Of a stretch of 64,000 nucleotides of DNA, positions 37,575-46,761 are shown piece by piece. The stretch spans positions 896,001 through 960,000 of the forward strand of contig JAWAWX010000001.1 in assembly GCA_038897215.1 (NCBI GenBank), in the 5' to 3' direction. Made by a program: the position numbers and the translations under genes. Each line of letters opens with the position of its first letter. Position 1 is the first letter of the stretch. The notes beneath the pieces were generated by a model, which worked only from the letters and a program-made list of their open reading frames with translations, did no database searches and was not told where the DNA came from. The DNA is from Acidilobaceae archaeon (lineage in GTDB: Archaea; Thermoproteota; Thermoprotei_A; Sulfolobales; Acidilobaceae).

Positions 37575-39284
37575 GTGAGCTCAGAGCATCTAGAGAGACT
37601 CGTTAGGGGCTATGTGTGCAAAGATATCTACAAGCACGGAGGCAGAGCTAGAGTAGAGAGCGTAGTCTCAATGATACTCTCAGACTACCCTGAGCTGAGG
37701 AAGCAGGCTAGAGAGATAGCCGAGATCGCTAGAAGGCTAGCTCAAGAGCTCTCAGGACTAAGCGTGCCTGAAGCTGAGCGCATCTTGAGAGAAGAGTACC
37801 CAGAGCTTCTGGGAGAGAAGGAGAAGACCGTGGAGAAGAAGACACTACCACCGCTTCCAGGAGCTCTCGAGGGGAGAGTTAGGCTTAGATTCGCTCCCAA
37901 CCCCGATTTCCACATACACCTAGGCAACGCGAGACCAGCCATAGTTAGCGACGAGTACGCGAAGATGTACAGAGGAACGCTAATCCTGAGATTCGAGGAC
38001 ACAGACCCTAGGACTAAGACTCCTCTTCTCGAAGCCTACGATAGCATAAGAGAGGACCTGCGCTGGCTCGGAGTAGTGTGGCACGAGGAGTATATTCAGA
38101 GCTTGAGGCTAAACGTGTACTACGACGTGGCTCGAGAGATGCTGAAGAGAGGGCACGCATACGTGGATACCTGTAGAGAGAAGAGCAGAGAGCTGCTCAG
38201 AGCAGGGCTGTACTGCAGAGACAGAGATAGGGAAGCCGAGTGGCAGCTAGAGCAGTTCGATAGAATGCTCGAGGGAGCCTACGGAGAGGGAGAGGCTGTA
38301 GTCAGGGTCAAGACAGACCCCCAGCACCCTAACCCCAGTGTGAGAGACTGGGTGGCTCTCAGGATAATAGACACGGAGAAGTACCCACACCCCCTCACTG
38401 GCTCCAAGTATAGAGTATGGCCTACCTACAACTTCGCCGTAGCTATAGACGACTACTTGATGAATGTGACGCACGTGATTAGAGGCAAGGAGCACGAGGT
38501 GAATACCGAGAAGCAGCTCTACGTCTACAAGGCTATGGGGTGGAGCACGCCGCACTTCATCCACGTGGGGAGGCTCAAGCTAGAAGGCTTCATCTTGAGC
38601 AAAAGCAAGATAAGAGAGCTCCTCTCAAGAGAGAAGGGCAGATTCCTGGGCTACGATGACCCGAGATTCGGGACTATAGCCTCTCTCAGGAGGCGCGGCG
38701 TAACTCCAGAGGCGATCAGAGAGCTCATCCTAACAGTGGGAGTGAGAGAAGTGGATGCTAAGATAAGCTGGGAGAATCTAGCAGCGATCAACAGGAAGAT
38801 AGTGGATAGGAGAGCGGATAGAGTAATGTTCGTATGGAACCCTGTAGAGCTAGAGTACGATGGGCCCTGCTTCGATGCAGAAGTCCCCTACCACCCAGAC
38901 GACCCTAGCCGCAAGAAGACTATAGGAGTGTGTGGTGGCGACAGGATCTACATAAGCGGAGACGACGCCAGCTTGAAGGAGTTCAGGCTGATGGGTGGAG
39001 TGAACGTGAGAGTTGAGGATGGCAGAGCAGTCTTCGTCTCTAGAGAGCTCGACTACGCGAGGTCCCGGAGACTCCAGATAATCCAGTGGGTGCCTGATAG
39101 AGGCAAGGTGGACCTCACAGTACTCGAGCCCTCAGGCTTAGACCTGATAGCTTATAGAGGGTATGCTGAGCCAGCTCTCCGAGAGTACAAGACTGGAGCC
39201 CGGCTACAGCTAGTTAGGTTCGCTTTCGTCGTGATCGACTCGGTGAGCGGCGACTCCTACACAGCTATACTAACGCATAGATGA
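37575..39284 (+). CDS. gltX: Glutamyl-tRNA synthetase
   Basis: RFAPNP, HLGN, LSKS. Confidence 0.97.
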   Translation: MSSEHLERLVRGYVCKDIYKHGGRARVESVVSMILSDYPELRKQAREIAEIARRLAQELSGLSVPEAERILREEYPELLGEKEKTVEKKTLPPLPGALEGRVRLRFAPNPDFHIHLGNARPAIVSDEYAKMYRGTLILRFEDTDPRTKTPLLEAYDSIREDLRWLGVVWHEEYIQSLRLNVYYDVAREMLKRGHAYVDTCREKSRELLRAGLYCRDRDREAEWQLEQFDRMLEGAYGEGEAVVRVKTDPQHPNPSVRDWVALRIIDTEKYPHPLTGSKYRVWPTYNFAVAIDDYLMNVTHVIRGKEHEVNTEKQLYVYKAMGWSTPHFIHVGRLKLEGFILSKSKIRELLSREKGRFLGYDDPRFGTIASLRRRGVTPEAIRELILTVGVREVDAKISWENLAAINRKIVDRRADRVMFVWNPVELEYDGPCFDAEVPYHPDDPSRKKTIGVCGGDRIYISGDDASLKEFRLMGGVNVRVEDGRAVFVSRELDYARSRRLQIIQWVPDRGKVDLTVLEPSGLDLIAYRGYAEPALREYKTGARLQLVRFAFVVIDSVSGDSYTAILTHR

Positions 39285-39299
39285 GAGAGCACTCGAGAC

Positions 39300-39425
39300 C
39301 TAGCAGCCTAGCGCGTAGTAGGACGCCTTGTAGAACTCTAGCTCCTCCTCGTCCTCGCTAACACTCACTCTACTCTTCCTCTCCGGCTCCTCGACCCCGG
39401 TTCTCGCGAGCCAGACTAAGCTCAC
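39300..39425 (-). CDS. Small hypothetical peptide (41 aa; 45 aa if started at 39437)
   Basis: MSLVWLARTGVEEPERKSRVSVSEDEEELEFYKASYYALGC; SD GGTGGAG and TATA-like CTAATAAG upstream. Confidence 0.45.
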   Translation of the reverse strand: MSLVWLARTGVEEPERKSRVSVSEDEEELEFYKASYYALGC

Positions 39426-39500
39426 ACACTCCACCACTCAATAGGCTCTAGCCGAGCCCTTATTAGGAGGTGTCCAGAGCCTCTATCGACAGAAGACTAT

Positions 39501-39566
39501 GTGAGCAACGGTCCCCTAGGTGAACGCTCCTCACGCGCTCGGGCGACCGTCGTCCGGTCATCCCAC
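39501..39566 (-). ncRNA. Candidate box C/D guide sRNA
   Basis: C GGGATGA, D' CCGA, C' GTGAGGA (same boxes as 15365-15426); D degenerate (CCGT); GTGGG/CTCAC ends. Confidence 0.55.
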
Positions 39567-39590
39567 TCTACTATACCCTGAGAGGGAGCC

Positions 39591-40757
39591 TTATATGGTG
39601 AGCTTTCTAGCTCGCCAGAGAACCGAGGATGCCCTCGTCCCCGCGAGGATAGCTTTGCTTATCTCCGAGAGGACCTTCTTATCGTGATAGGGGATCTCGA
39701 TCTTGTCTTTGTCGTAGATGTGGAGTAAGAGCTCTAGCTTGAATAAGAGGTATTCTCGCATAGCTCTCCTCGAGCTCCTCGTTAGAGGGTCCCAGGGGTA
39801 GCTTTTAGAGCCCAGTAATCCTAGAACGAATGCTTGCAGAGCTCTCTCTAAGCCCGCTCCGTAGCCTCCTTCGAGGACGGCGACGACTGCTCTCTTAGCG
39901 CGGCTAGCTATAATCCTGCCTAGAGAGTAGTAGAACTTAGTCCCTATATTCGATGGGACCATATCGTAGTCTCCTCTGTAAGAATCGAAGCCTGCTGATA
40001 CGACAACGTAATCAGGGCTCCAGGACTTGAGAGCTACGTCTACGAGCTTTAGCGAGTCTAGAGCTATATCGTCTCCCGCTAGCATCGGGAACACTATGTT
40101 GAGCTTTGTGCCCTCTCCGCCGCCAGCTCCTATCTCGCTAGGTCTCCCGGTAAACGGGAAGACAAACCTGGGGTCGAAGTGTAGGTCTATGTGGAGCACG
40201 TCACTCCTACTATAGAATATCTCTGCTGTGCCGTTACCGTGGTGAGCGTCGAAGTCCACGACTGCAACGCCGCCGTGATTAGCTAGAACGTTAGCAATCG
40301 CCGCTGTAGCGTTCACGAGGCAGAAGCCTTGAGACGGAGAGCCTCTAGCTCTGCCATCGAAGCCAGCGTGGTGACTCGGAGGTCTAGCAGCCACTAGAGA
40401 GCTCTTCCCGGAGAGAGCGTAGGATACTGCTTTCATCGAGGCTCCCGCTAGTCTCTCAAGAGCAGCCCTCGTGCCCGGAGAGATGTAGGTATCCGAGTCT
40501 ATGTACGTGGCGCCGCCTCGTCTCAGCATGTCTCTTAGACGCTCGAGGTACCTACTGGAGTGAACAATCCTGAAGAATGAAAGAGAAGCTCTCGGGCTCT
40601 TCGTGAAAACAACCCTCCTGCCTTTCGGTAAGAGCTCTGAGAGCTTCTCCAAGGACTCGAGAGCTCTAGCTAGTCTCTTGGGGCGCTCGGGGTTAGAGTC
40701 GGGAGGCTCGTGTAGCATGAAGTCTTCATGCGTTATGACGGCGAGCTCTCTAACCAC
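39591..40757 (-). CDS. Zn-dependent deacetylase (HDAC/acetylpolyamine amidohydrolase family)
   Basis: PERP.R, RPPSHHA, GFC, DFDAHHGNGT, SAGFD, LEGGY; start placed at GTG 40757. Confidence 0.93.
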   Translation of the reverse strand: MVRELAVITHEDFMLHEPPDSNPERPKRLARALESLEKLSELLPKGRRVVFTKSPRASLSFFRIVHSSRYLERLRDMLRRGGATYIDSDTYISPGTRAALERLAGASMKAVSYALSGKSSLVAARPPSHHAGFDGRARGSPSQGFCLVNATAAIANVLANHGGVAVVDFDAHHGNGTAEIFYSRSDVLHIDLHFDPRFVFPFTGRPSEIGAGGGEGTKLNIVFPMLAGDDIALDSLKLVDVALKSWSPDYVVVSAGFDSYRGDYDMVPSNIGTKFYYSLGRIIASRAKRAVVAVLEGGYGAGLERALQAFVLGLLGSKSYPWDPLTRSSRRAMREYLLFKLELLLHIYDKDKIEIPYHDKKVLSEISKAILAGTRASSVLWRARKLTI

Positions 40758-41039
40758 TCTAAAGACTCCTAGAGCTTCTCTCCTAAAATAAGAGTATTTA
40801 ACGCTTAAAATTAACGCCAAGCCCGCGCCTCAGTCTCGCATAGCTACCCGGAGCTTTGCGAGCCAACCCGGGTAGAGACCCCGGCTCTATGGCGAGACGA
40901 GTCAGCTGAAACGCGGGCTGTAGTATAGCTATAGTCTACAAGCAATCCTCGAGCCTAGCTGGATGTAGCTTCTAGCGCGTAGACTCTCTCCTATTAACGT
41001 CTAAGAGTCGAGAGCCGATCTCGAGAGGGCTCGAGTAGA

Positions 41040-41540
41040 GTGAAGTCTAGGCGAGTAGCGGACTTGTTCGATTTCGTTAACTTCGGGAGTATCTGCGCGA
41101 AGTGCAAGAACAACTGCTGCCATAGATTCTACGCTGTGCTACTCCCCGAGGAGGAAGAGTTGTTTGAAGAAGCCTCCACGGAGGTCTCTACCCCGCTGGG
41201 GCCAGTCAAGACCCTAGGCCGCCCTGGTAGAGTATGCCCCTTCCTAGACGAGAGAGGCTTCTGCAGAGTCTACAATAAGAGACCTATGGATTGCAGAGCG
41301 TGGCCTGTGATAATGTACTACGATTTCGAGACAGGCGAGAGAGTAATCTACCTAGACCTAGACTGCGAAGCTGTGAGAGAGAAGAGGGTCCCAGCTTCTC
41401 TAATCAACAAGATAATAGAAGTCCTAGCTAGAGCCCCTATAGACGACGAGTGGTTGAAGAGATACACTCTAGCTCCATGGCCTAATAATCTCGTCGAGAT
41501 AGCTAGGATTAAGCTTGAGAAGCTCGAGGTCTCTGGCTGA
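41040..41540 (+). CDS. YkgJ-family cysteine-cluster protein
   Basis: CAKCKNNCC, CPFL...C.VY..RP..CR.WP. Confidence 0.85.
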   Translation: MKSRRVADLFDFVNFGSICAKCKNNCCHRFYAVLLPEEEELFEEASTEVSTPLGPVKTLGRPGRVCPFLDERGFCRVYNKRPMDCRAWPVIMYYDFETGERVIYLDLDCEAVREKRVPASLINKIIEVLARAPIDDEWLKRYTLAPWPNNLVEIARIKLEKLEVSG

Positions 41541-42014
41541 CACTGTGACACTGATGGGAGAGGGGGAGAGCTTCACGGAGCCCGGATGCCTCCAAGCCAG
41601 AGCTCTGGGATACGAGCTGAGACCCTGGATCATCTTGAGCCCCAGGTCTTCCTCTCCACTAGCTAGGAGCGCCCACGCTTTGAGTATAGTGCTGTCCCCT
41701 AGTCTTCTCGAGAACCGGGCTCCTCGAGACTCCTCTATGCTTATTCCTGTATCCACGTAGAGTCTAGATATGGGAGTCGTGGGCCCGCACGTGTAGGATA
41801 GCACGAGACCCCCGTAGACCATAGCGTACGCTATCACTGCATCTCTCCAATCAAGAGTCTTCAGAGCCTCCACGTCTCCTAGAGTGAACGCTAGGATTGC
41901 TGCTTTGAGAGCCCTGGAGGGTATGGGGAGGAGTCTTTCCGCATCGAGATAGGCCGAGACTGCTAGACACTGCCCCTCAGCTATCAGGAGCGGTGTTTTC
42001 ACCTTCAGCTCCAA
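41469..42014 (-). CDS. Hypothetical protein
   Basis: 181-aa ORF abutting the upstream minus-strand gene; no recognised motif. Confidence 0.5.
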   Translation of the reverse strand: MELKVKTPLLIAEGQCLAVSAYLDAERLLPIPSRALKAAILAFTLGDVEALKTLDWRDAVIAYAMVYGGLVLSYTCGPTTPISRLYVDTGISIEESRGARFSRRLGDSTILKAWALLASGEEDLGLKMIQGLSSYPRALAWRHPGSVKLSPSPISVTVSARDLELLKLNPSYLDEIIRPWS

Positions 42015-42015
42015 G

Positions 42016-42546
42016 CTACATCACCGTCATATCCTCCCTCCTCCTAGCTCCCAGCTCTACTCCCCTGATGGAGAGCTCTCTGTTGAGGATTGACACTATG
42101 AGAGCGAATGCGTTCGACATCTCTCTCACTGCTGTCGATAGCTTCTCTCTCGAGAGGTCGCTCGCGTAGAGGACCTTGGTGACGTTTATGAACTGGAGCT
42201 CCTCTAGGGAGGGTTGCAAGCCGACGCTACAATCTCTGCAGAACATGACTAGGTCGTGGAGGATCTGAGAGGCTATAGCTATCCTCTCGTTTCTAGGGAG
42301 GCTCGCGAATGCGTCTCTGTGGTCTGGGCCTAGAGCGACACCTATCCCTAGAGCTACTATATCGTCTCTAGCTTTAGGCTTCTGGATCGCTACGTGTATC
42401 CTCGGAATGCTCGGGACTTCTACTAGAAGTAGCCAGTCGAGAGGAGCGAATGGGGGGACGCTCTCGACCCTAACAGAGAACCCCTCGGCTGTAAGCCATC
42501 TCAAGACCTCCTCCTGAGAAACCAACCTGGAGCCCCTCCGAGACAC
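42016..42546 (-). CDS. Hypothetical protein, DUF2299-like
   Basis: WLTAEG N-terminus, LGPDH, helical C-terminus. Confidence 0.55.
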   Translation of the reverse strand: MSRRGSRLVSQEEVLRWLTAEGFSVRVESVPPFAPLDWLLLVEVPSIPRIHVAIQKPKARDDIVALGIGVALGPDHRDAFASLPRNERIAIASQILHDLVMFCRDCSVGLQPSLEELQFINVTKVLYASDLSREKLSTAVREMSNAFALIVSILNRELSIRGVELGARRREDMTVM

Positions 42547-42645
42547 GTTGGAGAACGAAGCCTAGAATATCTAGCCTTGGGGAGAGCTCGCTGATAGACG
42601 TCCCGTATATTTAGGCGGGGCTCTGAATCATCCGCGGGACCGCTC

Positions 42646-43407
42646 GTGTACTGGAGCGCGAAGCTCTTGGAGCTGAGAGAGCTCTCTCCGGGCTACCATC
42701 TGCTCAGAGTCGAGCTACTAGGAGTGGTCCCACGAGAGCCGGAGCCTCTCCAGTTCGTCATGCTCTGGGTCCCTAGAGTAGACGAGATGCCCATGTCTGT
42801 AGCGGACTACGAGAACGGGGTGCTGACGATAGTGTTCAGGGTCAGAGGCGAGGGTACTAGAGCTCTGAGCAGAGGGCCTCCCTTCCTCGGAGTGAGGGGG
42901 TTCTACGGGAGAGGCCTAGTCCCGAGACGCGGGGAGAGAGTGCTGTTCGTAGCGGGAGGCATTGGGATAGCCCCCTTCCCGTACCTGGCTAGAGTCGCTG
43001 AGAGAGCCGGGGCTCGAGTGGGGCTAGCCTGGGGGGTCAGGAGGGGCTCGGAGCTATTCGATGTCTCTAGCGTGGCCCCCTTCTCGTCGGTAGACGAGGT
43101 GGAGGTAGCTACAGAAGACTGCAGTAGGGGCTTCTGCGGGAACGCTGTAGACCTGGCTCTCAGCATGTATAGTAGAGGAGGCTGGGATAGAGTTATCGCA
43201 GTAGGCCCTAACGCGATGCTGGCCGCTGTCTGCGAGAAGCTGGGCTCCAGGGCTCTGGTAGCTCCCGAGGTGATGACGAAGTGCGGAGTGGGGGTCTGCG
43301 GCTCCTGCACTCTAAAGCCTCACCCTCTGCTACTCTGCGTTCACGGAGCTCTACTCTCATGTGGTGACATTCGAGGCTTTCTGGTGGGGTCTGATGCTAG
43401 AGGTTAG
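42646..43407 (+). CDS. pyrK: Dihydroorotate dehydrogenase electron-transfer subunit
   Basis: QFVMLWVP, AGGIGIAP, KCGVGVCGSC...C.HG. Confidence 0.92.
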   Translation: MYWSAKLLELRELSPGYHLLRVELLGVVPREPEPLQFVMLWVPRVDEMPMSVADYENGVLTIVFRVRGEGTRALSRGPPFLGVRGFYGRGLVPRRGERVLFVAGGIGIAPFPYLARVAERAGARVGLAWGVRRGSELFDVSSVAPFSSVDEVEVATEDCSRGFCGNAVDLALSMYSRGGWDRVIAVGPNAMLAAVCEKLGSRALVAPEVMTKCGVGVCGSCTLKPHPLLLCVHGALLSCGDIRGFLVGSDARG

Positions 43408-44296
43408 CGTAGCCGGGCTCAGGCTGAGGCACCCGGTTATGAACGCGAGCGGGATCTTGGGCTCGGAGCCCGAGCACGTGGAGATACTAGCTGGCTACGG
43501 CGTGTCTGCAGTAGTCACCAAGACGATAACCCCGGAGCCTAGAGAAGGGTACCCTCCCCCCATAGTGGTAGAGCTCGCAAACGGCGGCTTGCTCAACGCC
43601 GTCGGGCTGGCTAACCCCGGAGTCTCCGCTGTCAGAGGCATCGTCGAGAAGGCTAGGAGCCTAGGAGTCCCCATAGTAGTCAGCGCGGGAGGGAGGACGC
43701 TCGAGGACTTCATCGTAGTAGCCGCGGAAGCCGAGAAGTGGGGGGCTTCTGCTGTAGAGCTAAACCTCAGCTGCCCGCATACGAGAGGCTACGGTATAGA
43801 GATTGGAGCAGACCCGGCTAACGTCTACGAGGTTGTGAAGAATACAGCGTCCACAGTGAAGATCCCGGTTCTAGCGAAGCTAGGCCTAGCTGACAGAGTC
43901 GTGGAGGCCTCCGGGAAGGCTCTGGAGGCCGGGGCTCGAGGGCTCACTCTGATAAACACCGTGAAAGCCATAGCCATAGACGTCTACTCAGCTAAGCCAA
44001 TACTATCGAATATCCACGGGGGCCTCTCGGGCCCGCCGATCAAGCCCATAGCCGTCAGAGTAGTGTACGACGTGTACAGAGAGTACGAGGCAGACATAGT
44101 GGGCTGTGGAGGCATAACGAGCTGGGTTGACGCGGCTGAGTTCATACTAGCGGGGGCTAGAGCAGTCCAGGTCGGGACAGCGCTAGCGCTGAGACCGGGG
44201 GTCGTTAGAGAGATAATCGAGGGGCTCGAGCAGTGGGCCGCGAGACTGGGGGCTCGTAGCGTGAGCGACCTGGTGGGGGCAGCTCACAGAAGGTGA
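43394..44296 (+). CDS. pyrD: Dihydroorotate dehydrogenase catalytic subunit (family 1B/1S)
   Basis: NASG, NAVGLANPG, ELNLSCPH, INT, GGLSG. Confidence 0.95.
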   Translation: MLEVSVAGLRLRHPVMNASGILGSEPEHVEILAGYGVSAVVTKTITPEPREGYPPPIVVELANGGLLNAVGLANPGVSAVRGIVEKARSLGVPIVVSAGGRTLEDFIVVAAEAEKWGASAVELNLSCPHTRGYGIEIGADPANVYEVVKNTASTVKIPVLAKLGLADRVVEASGKALEAGARGLTLINTVKAIAIDVYSAKPILSNIHGGLSGPPIKPIAVRVVYDVYREYEADIVGCGGITSWVDAAEFILAGARAVQVGTALALRPGVVREIIEGLEQWAARLGARSVSDLVGAAHRR

Positions 44297-44366
44297 GAGA
44301 GGAGCCGGGAGGCGTGCAGAGAAATGAGGGGTTGTGCGCGGAGAGCTCGCGAGCCGAGGGCTCAAG

Positions 44367-46493
44367 CTACGCTACTGCTCTCAGGACGTCTTTCACTGAG
44401 AGTACTCCAGCTAGTCTCCCTCCCTCTCTGAGTATCACCACGTGTCTTATGTTGTGTCTGACCATTAGCTCTGCAGCGTCTCTGACTGTGGCTGTGGTCG
44501 GCACGCTGATGACCTCTCTTCTCATCACCTGCTCCACTGGAGCCTCTGGGTCTAGGTCGTGGGCTAGCATCCTCACTATATCGCTCTCGGAGATTATGCC
44601 AAGCACTCTCCCATCAGCGTCCACTATGGGGACTAGCCCTACGTTGTTCCTCGCGATGGTCTTGATCACGTCTCCCAGCTTGGAGTCGAGAGTGACGTAG
44701 ATGGGCTCTCTGGGGGCTGCGTCGAGAGCCTTGACTCTGAGAGCCACCTTCTTCTCGAGGACCTTCCTCAGCGATAGCGCCTCATTTAGCAGCTCTCTCT
44801 CCTCGATGACCCCCACTACTTCATCGCCGTCGCTGCAGACTGGGACTGCTGGGACGCCGTAGCTCTGCATTATGACGAAGGCATCTACTACCCTAGCGTC
44901 TCTCCTCATGCACTCCACTCTAACCATGGCTCTCGAAGCCGGCTCCTCGGGCTTAACGCCTGCTGCTAGAGCTCTGACTATAGACCTGGTGTATATCAGG
45001 CCGGCGAGCTTGCTGGACGCTACGACAGCGACTCTGTTCCTGGCCCCGGCCATGGCTCTAGCGACCTGTCTTAGCGGCATGTCTGGAGAGACTATGAGCG
45101 GCTTCTTGGCGAACCTCTCTGCCGAGAGCTCAGCCCAGATCCTCACTCCCAGAGTCTCGGGGCCTCTCACGAGGAAGAGAAGAGCCATCACCGCGGGGAC
45201 TAGCCCGGCCCATATCAGGGTGGCTAGGTAGAGGTCTTTCGTGATGTAGCCGTAGATCGCTGTTATAGCCAGGGGGGTGAGGCCTCCGGTGACTCCGTAG
45301 CCTAGGTTGTACGCGAGAGCGACGCTACTTATCCTGATCCTGGCGGGGAAGATCTCTAGAAGCCACGCTGACATAGCTCCGCTGTAGCCTATGCCGTTGA
45401 ATATAGTCATGGAGAACATCGTGAGGAACGCCATTAACGCGTTGTTCTCGACAACGCTCCTCTCTAAGAACCTCAGAGCTACTATGAACCAAAGCGCGTT
45501 ACCGTATATGCCCAGGAGTAGGATCGGCTTCCTCCCCAGCCTGTCCGATATGTATCCGAAGAGCGGGTACATCCAGAGAGAGAGCAGAGCAGCCACCATG
45601 AGGTAGAAGGACGCGTCGAACGTCACCTGGGCCCCGACTTCTCTAGCGAATATCCTGACGTACTCTCTAGCGTAGAGCATGTTCGTATACCATATGGGTC
45701 CGTGAGCTCCCACTACTCCGATCCAGGCTAGTATGACCAGAGGCAGGTACTCTCTCGAGAACACCTCTCTTATCGGAGCCGATGTGACCCTCCTCACTGC
45801 TCTGAGCGCTGCGAAGATAGGCGTCTCCTTGTAGATGAACATTATTATCCCTGCTATGATCACGTCTGTGAAGGCAGCTAGGAAGAAGACCAGCCTCCAG
45901 CCCCAGTCGGTGAAAGCGTCGCCAGTCAGCCACTTAGTGAAGCTGTATAGACCCATCGTTATTCCCATGCCAGCGGGAGCCGTGGTGAAGAGGAAGCCTG
46001 TGAAGAACCCTCTCCTATGCTCTGGCACGAACTCTCCCAGGTAGACTATCGCTGACCCGAAGCCACCGCCTAAGCCCAGGCCCTGCAAGAACCTCAGGAA
46101 CGCTAGCGCTATCGGCGCCGCTATGCCTATCTCCGCGTACGTCGGCAGGAGCCCCATGGCTACTGTTGAAAGGAAGAGAGTCATTAGAGCCGCTACGAAC
46201 GCCACCCTCCTACCATACTGGTCTCCGATCTTCCCGAAGAGAAGGGCTCCGAGAGGCCTGCTCAGGAAGCCTATAGCTAGAATGCCGTAGGCTCCTATCA
46301 GCGCCGCTATGGGGTCCGCCTTGGGGAAGAACTTGGGGGCTATGATCGGCCCGGCTAGCACCACGTAGGAGTAGAAGTCTAGCCACTCTGTCAGAGCCCC
46401 GGCCCAGGAGACGACGCTGACAGAGGCTACGTCTCTAATCCCGGCCCCTGTTCTAGCTCCCGTAGCCTGCCCAGCCATCATCTCACCCACCAT
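44367..46493 (-). CDS. MFS transporter (MHS/ProP-like) fused to four CBS domains
   Basis: EWLDFYSY, RPLG..LFG.IGDQYGRR, SDRLGRK; C-terminal ~250 aa holds two CBS pairs. Confidence 0.9.
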   Translation of the reverse strand: MVGEMMAGQATGARTGAGIRDVASVSVVSWAGALTEWLDFYSYVVLAGPIIAPKFFPKADPIAALIGAYGILAIGFLSRPLGALLFGKIGDQYGRRVAFVAALMTLFLSTVAMGLLPTYAEIGIAAPIALAFLRFLQGLGLGGGFGSAIVYLGEFVPEHRRGFFTGFLFTTAPAGMGITMGLYSFTKWLTGDAFTDWGWRLVFFLAAFTDVIIAGIIMFIYKETPIFAALRAVRRVTSAPIREVFSREYLPLVILAWIGVVGAHGPIWYTNMLYAREYVRIFAREVGAQVTFDASFYLMVAALLSLWMYPLFGYISDRLGRKPILLLGIYGNALWFIVALRFLERSVVENNALMAFLTMFSMTIFNGIGYSGAMSAWLLEIFPARIRISSVALAYNLGYGVTGGLTPLAITAIYGYITKDLYLATLIWAGLVPAVMALLFLVRGPETLGVRIWAELSAERFAKKPLIVSPDMPLRQVARAMAGARNRVAVVASSKLAGLIYTRSIVRALAAGVKPEEPASRAMVRVECMRRDARVVDAFVIMQSYGVPAVPVCSDGDEVVGVIEERELLNEALSLRKVLEKKVALRVKALDAAPREPIYVTLDSKLGDVIKTIARNNVGLVPIVDADGRVLGIISESDIVRMLAHDLDPEAPVEQVMRREVISVPTTATVRDAAELMVRHNIRHVVILREGGRLAGVLSVKDVLRAVA

Positions 46494-46761
46494 AGTAGAG
46501 TGTATCTATGGAGGGCTCTGTCGGGCTGGCTGCTGCTCGCTTTGTCTTGTTACAAGTCCCTATTGCAATCTCTACTAGATTTGTTTTAGACAGGCGCATA
46601 GAACCTCCACCTATTCTAGTCGAATTCTGCGGAGAGTCTGACGGTTAAATATCTTTCTCTCAACCTGCACTCTTGCGAGACGAGGCTGCTTGAAGCCGCT
46701 CTCAAGCCTAGCGAGTCACTCTTATAACCTAAAGCTGGCACTTAGACCTCTGGGGCGCTTA

